Source: an uncultured Acidobacteriaceae bacterium (GTDB lineage: Bacteria > Acidobacteriota > Terriglobia > Terriglobales > Acidobacteriaceae). From it: a stretch of 64,000 bases of DNA. The translations under genes and the position numbers were made by a program. Each line of letters starts with the position of its first letter. The first letter of the stretch is position 1. Below the pieces are notes generated by a model that searched no databases, was not told the DNA's origin, and saw only the letters and a program-made list of their open reading frames with translations. The stretch is from NCBI GenBank assembly GCA_963772045.1, contig CAVYWC010000007.1:438023-502022 (forward strand), written 5' to 3'. Shown in pieces: positions 8,681 through 16,649 of this stretch.

Positions 8681-10054
8681 TTAGTCTCGCTTGGAATTTA
8701 AGTAGTTGGAGTAGTAGCGATTTGCTTCCTGGACGTTTCCCGCCTGCCAGTAGTAGCGAGCCATGTCCCGATTTGCAAGGGGAAAATCAGGATACTGGTC
8801 GAGCAGTTGTTTGAGCAGCGGGTACGACTCCGGCATTCGATTTGCCGTCTGATAAGCCTCTGCCAGATTGTATTTGGCCATTACGTTTGTGGGTGCAGTC
8901 TCAACCGCTCGACGGAACAACGAGATGTCATCTCGCCAGATCCGCAGGTCGGAGCGACTACACCAACACAAAACTACTCCAACCGCAGTCCATGCCACCG
9001 ACCGGGCAACAGTGAAGCGCACGCCACAAAGCCATTCGGCTGCGATGATCGCTAAGCCAACCGATGGCAGGTACAAATAACGATCGTGGGTATAGTCATT
9101 GTAGGTTAGGTAACGAATGGACAGAGCTGGGAGAAGGGTGATCGCAAACCAGGCGAGGCCAAATTGAACGTTGGCTGAGCTCTTGCGAATGATCCATACC
9201 AAACTCACTGCGACTGCAAGTAGCAGTAGCAGCGGCCATGGGGATCGTCCGATAGGGACATCATAGGAAACACTGAGATGTACCGGCCAAATGAGATGCC
9301 CGGCGTATGCCACCAGCAAGCGGGGCCACGTCAGAATCATCGCGGATACGCTCATGCCGGCGGGTCCTCCGGTTACCGGGTTCCCTAAAGCCATGGTTCG
9401 AAGCACGAAATAGAGAAGAACGGAAGGAAAGTAGGGAAGCACATTCACGATGGCGGGTTTGAGTCCCGACCGGGTCCATTCGTAAACGAGGATCAGCGCT
9501 GGAGCCACGATACCGGTTTCTTTGCTGAACATCGCCAACGTGGCAAACAGAATCGAGGGAAAACTGATCGGGCCTTTCCGCTTAACATAAAAGAAAACGC
9601 TAAGCGTCAGAGAGGTCGTGAGAAGTAGATCGCCACTGGATGAAAGCCACGCTACAGCCTCAGTGTGAATGGGATGGATTGCAAACAAGGCGGTGGCGAG
9701 TAACGTTGTCCTAAGATCGTTGATCAAACCGCGGAGCAATAAGAACACGCAGGCGGTCGCTAACAGGTGAGCCACTATTGAAGCGAGATGCCAGATGGCG
9801 CCGGGAGGCCCAAGAATCGCAAACACCAATCGGAACCAAAGCAAGAACATCGGACGATAAAAAAGAGAAGGCTGCTTTTGCGAATTTGCCCAGAGGTGCG
9901 CGGTAAAATATCCAGGAACGTGGCTCCATGACTGGAGACGCTGATTCAACACGAGTTGTTCATAGTCATCGTAGACCGGCGAATAGTGAATCTCTGGCAG
10001 AAAAAGCAAGAAAGTGCCCACCAAAATGGCTGCCAGTTGCAACCGTAGGCGCAT
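8681..10054 (-). CDS. TMTC/DUF1736-like GT-C membrane protein with C-terminal TPR repeats
   Basis: Acidic first-loop motif YSPVYDDYEQLVLN. The FAIHPIHTEAVAWLS motif is typical of TMTC/DUF1736 proteins. There are about 10 TM helices and C-terminal TPRs (AEAYQTANR..., ARYYWQAGNVQEANRYY). The ATG lies 1 nt after the upstream stop (TAGaATG). Confidence 0.75.
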   Translation of the reverse strand: MRLRLQLAAILVGTFLLFLPEIHYSPVYDDYEQLVLNQRLQSWSHVPGYFTAHLWANSQKQPSLFYRPMFLLWFRLVFAILGPPGAIWHLASIVAHLLATACVFLLLRGLINDLRTTLLATALFAIHPIHTEAVAWLSSSGDLLLTTSLTLSVFFYVKRKGPISFPSILFATLAMFSKETGIVAPALILVYEWTRSGLKPAIVNVLPYFPSVLLYFVLRTMALGNPVTGGPAGMSVSAMILTWPRLLVAYAGHLIWPVHLSVSYDVPIGRSPWPLLLLLAVAVSLVWIIRKSSANVQFGLAWFAITLLPALSIRYLTYNDYTHDRYLYLPSVGLAIIAAEWLCGVRFTVARSVAWTAVGVVLCWCSRSDLRIWRDDISLFRRAVETAPTNVMAKYNLAEAYQTANRMPESYPLLKQLLDQYPDFPLANRDMARYYWQAGNVQEANRYYSNYLNSKRD

Positions 10055-10055
10055 T

Positions 10056-12893
10056 CTACTTCACCGTCACCGGCAAATTGATGGTGGCACTTGTGCTTCC
10101 GCTCGTGGCCACTAAGGTCAGATTGTAGCTGCCCGCCGGAGTACCGGGATTTGTGGTGGTCACACTTCCTGAACCCCCGCCGCAACCTCCGAGCCCCACG
10201 AGGAACGCGGCGATCGCAAGCGTTGTCAACCGCGCTGTCTTTCTCACCTGCTTTTTGCTGCTTGCTTCGGAGATCACGAGTATGCCGGCGATTGCGATCC
10301 CAAAGGGGAGGCCTGGCCAAGATTTCGGCCATCTCGGAGTCGACGGTGACAGGAAAGAAACCTGGTTCGAAGCCGTGGTGTTCACCGTCACATTCGCAGT
10401 TGCGGGCGCGCTGCTCGAGATTTGAACAGTGCTGGCCGAACAGGAGGCTCCAAGCATGGACGATGGTGTGGTGCAGGTGAAGGTCACACTGCCGGTGAAG
10501 CCGCTGACGACGTAGATCGTCACTGGAATTTTCGCTGATTGACCGGCAGTGATGGTCGTCCCGGTTGCACCCTGATCTGCCGACAGGGTGAAGTCTGCGG
10601 CCACTACAGTAATCGAGATCTGCACTGACGCCGCGGCAGAATAATCGGCACTTCCGTCCTGGTCCGCCTCTACCACGATGGTGCCTGTTCCGGTGACTGT
10701 CAGCGTGCTACCGCTGATGGTTCCGGGGCCTGAAATGACCGTGTATGTGATCGGTAGTCCGGAACTTGCCGTTGCCGTCAGCGTCACCGGTGCGACCCCA
10801 TTGGGCAATGTCCCGGGATTCGGGAAGGTAATGGTCTGCGCTGCGGCGTTTACGGAGAAGGTTTGGCTCACGGGTGAAGCGGCTGCGAAGAAACCGTTGC
10901 CGCCTTGCACCGCCTGAACCGTAACCGAGCCGGGTGCCGTGAACGTCAGTAGGTTGCTGGCGCTCAAAGTTGCAGGTCCCGAGATCACGGTAAAGCTCAC
11001 CGGAAGGCCTGACGTTGCGGTTGCACTCAGCTCCAGCGGAGTGCCGTAGCTCTGAGCCCCGGGATTTGGAAAGTTGATCGTCTGCGTCGCAACGATGATA
11101 GAAGTGAGTGGAAGCGTGACCGATTCGCTGGTCAAGAAGTTGCTATCGCCGCTGTACTGCGCATAGACGTTATCCGTTCCTGTGGTGGACAAGCCGCTGA
11201 CGGTCACCGTCGTAGAGCTGGTCGCCTGCAGCAGCACCGACTCCGCCGTCATTGCATAATTTGCCGTGATGATGTCCAGCAGACCGTCCCCGTTAAAATC
11301 GCCGACAGCAATGCCGTCCGGAGCACCTCCGGCGGTCGGGGCCAATGGTGCAGCCGTGAAAGTCCCGTTCCCGTTGCCGAGGAAAACCGTGACGGTATCG
11401 ACTGAGTAGTCCGCCGTGGCGAGGTCGAGGTTGCCGTCATTGTTAAAGTCTCCAGCCACGATCGCAAACGGACCGGACCCGGTGGCAACTGGGCTGCCAG
11501 TGGCAGCCGTGAAAGTTCCGTCGCCATTGCCCAGCAGAATTGTTACGGTGTCGTCATAGTGGTTCGCGATGGCGAGGTCGGGAACACCGTCCCCGTTAAA
11601 ATCACCTGCGGCGATCGCGATGTCGTTATTGCCGGTCGGATAGCTGTTTCCCACGGCGAAAGTTCCATCTCCATTGCCTAGCAGGATCGTCACCACATAG
11701 TTGGCCGGCGAGTTGGTATTCGAACTGGTGACCGCCAAATCCAACTTGCCGTCGCCGTTGAAATCCATGGCGACCATACCCTCCGGATTTACCGACCAGG
11801 CCGGCACAGTTGCGGACGAACCGACCGCAAAGGTTCCGTCGCCATTGCCCAGCAAAATCGTCACTACATATCCGGAAGCGTTATTGCTTATGGCCAAGTC
11901 CGGAACTCCATCGCCGTTGAAATCGCCTACTGCGATGGACGCCGCGTAAGCCGCGGCTGGAAGGGTAGCAGGGATCGTGAACGTGCCGTCGCCATTGCCC
12001 AGCAGGATGGTTACGCCATTGCTTCCTGAATTGGCAAATGCAATGTCCAAATTGCCGTCGCCGTTGAAGTCGGCAGCGACAGCTCCTTCCGGATTGGCAC
12101 CTACCGAATATGTCGTAGCTTGCGCGGTAAAAGTTCCATCACCGTTGCCCATCATGACGGTGGCTGTCCCCGAACCGTTCAGGCTGGCCACCACGTAATC
12201 CAGACGGCCGTCGTTGTTGAAATCGCCCACTGCGATGGCTTGATTCTGAGAGGTTGCGGCGGGGCTGGATGTACTGGCAAAGGAAAATCCTGTTGTCGGC
12301 GCGACTGGGGGCGCTAGAGAAACCGAGCCAAGGCTGGCGCTAGTAGTGGCATCGAAAAACGACACGCTGCCAGTTGGCGTAACCGTGCCGGTCGTTGTGA
12401 CCGCGCCGCCAGCCCAGACGGTCGCATTCAGGGCATAGGCGCCAGTCGCCCCAGTGGCACTGATCGTGGTTGTCGAGGGTAGCAGGCCGCTCACTGTCAA
12501 ACTGGCAGCTGACGAAGTGCTCGCGGCGTAAGGGTTCGTGCCTTGGAAAACCGCCGCAATATTGTACGTTCCGGGACCGAATATCTTGTGGATGCTCGCG
12601 GTTCCCGCTGCCGATCCAGAAGCCATGATCCATGCGCTGCCAAGGATCGCAGCGCCCTCGCAGTACGTCGCGCTGGCGTTGCAGAACACCACCTGGCCCG
12701 ACGTCACGGCCGTTCCGCCGGATATTACAGTAGCCCTAACGGTAACCGCGGTTCCAGTGGTTACGCTACTGGAGGACAAAGTCAGAGTGGTAGTGGTTGG
12801 GCTGGGCTGCGCCCACATCGCGGGAGCTGCAAGCAGGATCAACAGCATTCCGCATACGATCCGACGCCCAAGAGAATCTACACAAGTCAGCAT
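10056..12893 (-). CDS. Giant secreted FG-GAP (integrin-alpha-like 7-blade propeller) + Ig-like repeat protein with unusual C-terminal double hydrophobic segment
   Basis: Signal peptide followed by Ig-like Thr/Ser-rich segments. Seven repeats of the type GDFNGDG.(L/P)D... + VTILLGNGDGTF lie at about 11244-12251. At least three Ig-like segments follow (QTINFPNPG..., QTITFPNPG..., DFTLSAD...). The protein ends with a TM helix, a basic patch, a second hydrophobic stretch and CGGG. Confidence 0.85.
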   Translation of the reverse strand: MLTCVDSLGRRIVCGMLLILLAAPAMWAQPSPTTTTLTLSSSSVTTGTAVTVRATVISGGTAVTSGQVVFCNASATYCEGAAILGSAWIMASGSAAGTASIHKIFGPGTYNIAAVFQGTNPYAASTSSAASLTVSGLLPSTTTISATGATGAYALNATVWAGGAVTTTGTVTPTGSVSFFDATTSASLGSVSLAPPVAPTTGFSFASTSSPAATSQNQAIAVGDFNNDGRLDYVVASLNGSGTATVMMGNGDGTFTAQATTYSVGANPEGAVAADFNGDGNLDIAFANSGSNGVTILLGNGDGTFTIPATLPAAAYAASIAVGDFNGDGVPDLAISNNASGYVVTILLGNGDGTFAVGSSATVPAWSVNPEGMVAMDFNGDGKLDLAVTSSNTNSPANYVVTILLGNGDGTFAVGNSYPTGNNDIAIAAGDFNGDGVPDLAIANHYDDTVTILLGNGDGTFTAATGSPVATGSGPFAIVAGDFNNDGNLDLATADYSVDTVTVFLGNGNGTFTAAPLAPTAGGAPDGIAVGDFNGDGLLDIITANYAMTAESVLLQATSSTTVTVSGLSTTGTDNVYAQYSGDSNFLTSESVTLPLTSIIVATQTINFPNPGAQSYGTPLELSATATSGLPVSFTVISGPATLSASNLLTFTAPGSVTVQAVQGGNGFFAAASPVSQTFSVNAAAQTITFPNPGTLPNGVAPVTLTATASSGLPITYTVISGPGTISGSTLTVTGTGTIVVEADQDGSADYSAAASVQISITVVAADFTLSADQGATGTTITAGQSAKIPVTIYVVSGFTGSVTFTCTTPSSMLGASCSASTVQISSSAPATANVTVNTTASNQVSFLSPSTPRWPKSWPGLPFGIAIAGILVISEASSKKQVRKTARLTTLAIAAFLVGLGGCGGGSGSVTTTNPGTPAGSYNLTLVATSGSTSATINLPVTVK

Positions 12894-13038
12894 TCGCGCC
12901 CCTTGTATCTAGACCAACGTTCACCTCGAACTCTGGGCCGTAAATCCACCATGACGCTCAGCTGGTAAACGGCCTGGCGGAATCTTCGACTACTCTGTCT
13001 TAAAGAAATTATGCTAATCGGCCGTTTCGTGCGCAACA

Positions 13039-13755
13039 CTACTGCTGCACCTGTTTTCCAGAACTGCCGGGAGTGATCCCTTCGTGTTTTTTGGCCTCGG
13101 CGATCAGTTGCAGCACCTTGTCTTTGGCCTCGTAGTTTGGGTTGGTGTCCAACAGCTTTTGCCACGTGGAGATCGCTGCATTCGCATCCATCTTGCCTTG
13201 CCATTCGACAATGCCCAAATTAAACAAAGTGTTGGGCTTATTCGGCTCGTACGAAAGCGATTTCTTGAACTCTGAGATGGCGCTGTCGGCATCTCCCGCA
13301 TACCAGGCCGCCGTAGCCAGGTCGGTGCGCACGCTGGTGTCGGCGGGCTGCAGTTTCAGAGACTGCAGGTAATACTGGATCGCGATCGGGTATTGCTGGG
13401 CATCGTAGTAATAGTTGCCAATGCTGGCCAGCAGTCCCGGGTCATTCGGATCAGATCTGAGTTTTTGGATCAGTGGAGCCGCTTGCGCGTCGGCCATCCG
13501 TTTCAGATCTTGGGGGCTGGGCATCTGCTGTTGCGGCATGGCCGAGCCCGGGACGCCCGAACCCGGTACAGCGGCAGCCATCTGCGCAGTTTTGGCAGAG
13601 GCGGCACTGGACTCGGATCCCCGGAATAGATAGCCCAGAGCCACTCCTACGAGAAGACAAATGGCAGCCATCACGTACACCTGCCCTACCGTCCAGCCTC
13701 CTGATGCTCCGCTCTTTTCCCCAGGGCTCGTCGTAGTCACATTCTTGTCTACCAT
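13039..13755 (-). CDS. Membrane-anchored TPR protein (CcmI/NrfG-like architecture), paralog 2
   Basis: ATG 13755 is preceded by GGGAG. The ORF-track extension to 13974 lacks coding character. There is a TM helix (VYVMAAICLLVGVALGYLF), a linker and TPRs. It is a paralog of 7471-8142. Confidence 0.75.
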   Translation of the reverse strand: MVDKNVTTTSPGEKSGASGGWTVGQVYVMAAICLLVGVALGYLFRGSESSAASAKTAQMAAAVPGSGVPGSAMPQQQMPSPQDLKRMADAQAAPLIQKLRSDPNDPGLLASIGNYYYDAQQYPIAIQYYLQSLKLQPADTSVRTDLATAAWYAGDADSAISEFKKSLSYEPNKPNTLFNLGIVEWQGKMDANAAISTWQKLLDTNPNYEAKDKVLQLIAEAKKHEGITPGSSGKQVQQ

Positions 13756-14091
13756 CTCGCAGCTCCCTCGCCGAACACAAATCGAATGTTTCCCAGCCAG
13801 CGTACCATTGCACGCCGCTGGCCACGAATGTTCTTTGATTTTGAACTTTGTTTTCAGGGGCTTACGGGAAAAATATCGTGAAGAGAACGCCCTGTAGCTC
13901 AACGGCGGGTCATTATTCGCACCAGCTGTGTTTTTTGCCCGAGTGGTGCCCGCCATCAGCCGACTAGCAAGCATGCATTCGTTTTCGGAGAGTTCTGGAA
14001 GGCTTCGCTTCGCCGGGTTCCGGCCGGGGCGATATGTGGTGCTCTGCCAGAATCCCTAGCCTGCAGCTGCGAACGCGAGAAATCTTCGAGA

Positions 14092-14670
14092 CTAATGGGA
14101 AGTGGATGGCGTGGCACAAGAAATTGTGCCTTCGCGCAGGGCATAGTCGCAGCGCCAGCGGAAACCATTGGCGTCATGCTGCCCATATCCCCAGACTCGC
14201 ATCTGCAGCGTGTTTTGCTCGATGCGCGAAGATTCGACAAAGACGTGGTCGTTCTCACGAAGCGCCGGTCGGAGTTCGACGGGAATGAGGCGAAGCAGCG
14301 TGGCTTTGTCAATCATTACGACATTTTCCGGGTCGGCTACAGGAAACAGCAGAGCCCGCGATGTTTTCCTACCGAGATACTCGGTAACCATGATGAATTC
14401 ATTGCCCGACCAGGCTACGGCTGTGACGCCAAAGTAGTCGCAGAGCTTCTGCACTCGGCCATTGGCATTGTCGCTAAGCCATAGCGAATGAAACGTGCCG
14501 ATGAAATCTGACGCTGGAGCGTTAGGATTTACGTTGCGAACGACGAACCGTTTGTCCGGAGAGATCAGTTCGTCGACCTTCGGAAATAATACGAACTGGG
14601 CCAATGCGGATTCGGTGCAGGCTACCGCACTCAACAGTAGAAGTGCAAGCTTCATCCGGGGCCACAGCAT
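14092..14670 (-). CDS. Secreted hypothetical protein
   Basis: GGAGG RBS 7 nt upstream. Signal peptide MLWPRMKLALLLLSAVACTESALA. No recognisable domain. Confidence 0.6.
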   Translation of the reverse strand: MLWPRMKLALLLLSAVACTESALAQFVLFPKVDELISPDKRFVVRNVNPNAPASDFIGTFHSLWLSDNANGRVQKLCDYFGVTAVAWSGNEFIMVTEYLGRKTSRALLFPVADPENVVMIDKATLLRLIPVELRPALRENDHVFVESSRIEQNTLQMRVWGYGQHDANGFRWRCDYALREGTISCATPSTSH

Positions 14671-15109
14671 TCCGCATCCTCCCTTTCGTAATTAGAATGC
14701 GCTCATCTCGGAGTGCATAGTGATGGCGATCACGCTGGGATTACTTCGGTTTGCCCGTTTCTTCTGTAGATATCAGGAGTGAAAGAAAACCCTGTCAGAG
14801 AGCTTAGAACCAAGGGCTTCCTCTAGACTTGTTGCCGCATTTTACCGCCGGTCGTGCGTGCAGGACAGCCGTCTAATCACTGACTCTCGCATCTCGAACA
14901 CACTTCCGTCTTCGGGGGTTCTCATGAATTCCGCAATCATTGATTAGCCGATCGAACGTCCTCGTTTCCGGATATCCTTCGCCACGCTCCGGCGATCTTC
15001 CGCCGGAGAAGGCCCACGTTGGTGGCGGACACTGGTGGCTGGACGTGCTTCTCGCAGCGAAGATCCAGCGATTCAGCGTTGTTGCAACGGTGGGTCTGGC
15101 GATCAGATC

Positions 15110-15589
15110 TCACTTCCGCCCATCGCCCGCGGCTACGCTGTCCTCTCGGGACTCGGGAGTGCTGAGTTCATAGGCGACGTGTTTCCGCACCATTTCCCAT
15201 TCCGAGCGCAGCATCATATCCTTGATGCTGAACTTACTTTCGTGCCTGGCATCATCGAGGCGGACGGCGATCTCGTTCTTGCGCAGGCGAAAATCGATGA
15301 CGTCGGCGAGCGGGACAAGGTCCTCCGCTGATCGGCCAACGATCACGTACACCACTTTGTCGGAAACCAGTGTGTATTCGGGGCAGACATCGGATCCCAT
15401 CGGTGCGGTGGATCCCGACATGGTCACCATCAAGGCGTGGCGAGAGGGCAGGCAGTCGCCCATGTGCATTCTTACCACGGTCCCACGCTGGTAAACTCCG
15501 AACGGACCCGCCCAGGCGATCTGCAGGCTACAAACGGCCAGAATTGGCCACAAGAAATACCGACAAGGGGTGTTACCGAACGTTTTCAT
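15110..15589 (-). CDS. Secreted hypothetical protein
   Basis: Signal peptide (...FLWPILAVCSLQIAWA). The start overlaps the stop of the VWA gene by 17 nt, which suggests an operon. Confidence 0.6.
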   Translation of the reverse strand: MKTFGNTPCRYFLWPILAVCSLQIAWAGPFGVYQRGTVVRMHMGDCLPSRHALMVTMSGSTAPMGSDVCPEYTLVSDKVVYVIVGRSAEDLVPLADVIDFRLRKNEIAVRLDDARHESKFSIKDMMLRSEWEMVRKHVAYELSTPESREDSVAAGDGRK

Positions 15590-16511
15590 AATAGTAGCCT
15601 TTCCGGCAGTGAAACCGTAGGTTCAGGTTGTGTTTGGGAAGAATACGCAGCGAGTGGAATCCTCGCGATCGCTCTGGCAGCGCATAGGTCACAACATAAG
15701 AAGTGCGCAGATCGGCGAGGATGGCCTGCAGAATATTGACTGTATTATCCCGTGCGGAGAACGACCGGCCTCCCGTAGCCTCGGCCAATTGTTGCAGAGT
15801 GATGGCTCCACGCGTATCTGAGAGGGGACTGGTATTGACCGCGTACAGCAGGGCACCGCTGGCCAGCACGTCCGACAGAGCCTCATGGCCGGAGGCCGTG
15901 CTGATGGTGTCGTCGCCGTCAGAAAAAAGAATTATGACATCGCGCACAGCGGTAGTTTGTTGGCTGGAGAGAACGCCAGCGGCGTAGGCCAAGGTGTCGA
16001 AGAGCGGAGTCGGCCCGGCAGGTTCAATGGAGAGAAGTTTGGCCTCGAGTTGGGGGCCGCGACAGTTGCCCGCACAAAGAAGCAGCGGCTTCAGGCCGGA
16101 GAAAGACGCGACGGAAAGATTACCGCTGCCCGCTCCGTCTTCCTGCGAAGTGATCCGCTCGACATCTCTGACAGTTTCGTGAAAGTACGGTCCCATGGAC
16201 TCGCTGGTGTCGACCAGGACGATGATGTGCAGTGCGGTTTCCTCGGTTCGGACGAGGCTGCGAAAGTCACGGATGACATTGCCGCTGTCGACAACCGCGA
16301 AATCGTCGCGGCTCACGGTCTCGATAGAACGGTCAGCCGCGTCGGTAGCAAAGAATACGACCCGCACTTCGGAAGCGCTGACGTGATAACTCACCGATTG
16401 CGCGACACACCTGTTTTCAAGAATGAAAACCAACGAACAAACGGAAAGTAAGAGCCCGCATGAACAGCCCTGCCGATGAGACAGCATTGCCATTGCTGGG
16501 AACTTCGGCAC
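15573..16511 (-). CDS. VWA-domain protein of the acidobacterial VWFA-related type (TIGR03436-like)
   Basis: N-terminal signal/anchor. MIDAS motif VLVDTSESM. The motifs ILFSDGDDT and LAEATGG are present, and the C-terminus is typical (...YVVTYALP...RKGYYYE). Confidence 0.8.
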   Translation of the reverse strand: MPKFPAMAMLSHRQGCSCGLLLSVCSLVFILENRCVAQSVSYHVSASEVRVVFFATDAADRSIETVSRDDFAVVDSGNVIRDFRSLVRTEETALHIIVLVDTSESMGPYFHETVRDVERITSQEDGAGSGNLSVASFSGLKPLLLCAGNCRGPQLEAKLLSIEPAGPTPLFDTLAYAAGVLSSQQTTAVRDVIILFSDGDDTISTASGHEALSDVLASGALLYAVNTSPLSDTRGAITLQQLAEATGGRSFSARDNTVNILQAILADLRTSYVVTYALPERSRGFHSLRILPKHNLNLRFHCRKGYYYENVR

Positions 16512-16649
16512 GCCGGAGTCATGACTCCAGCGTGCGAAGGTATATCGGACTTACGAGAGTAACTGGAATCGTCTAATAATCGCGGCGGAGGAAGGAACCT
16601 CACTCCATTAAGAGGAGGCAGGCCGCTGCCCCTTCTCCGTAGGCTTATT

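Noticed and set aside
13756-13974. N-terminal extension of the TPR paralog 2 ORF (ORF track start at 13974)
   Set aside because: The extension has no coding-like composition. The internal ATG 13755 has a GGGAG RBS and gives an N-terminus matching paralog 1.
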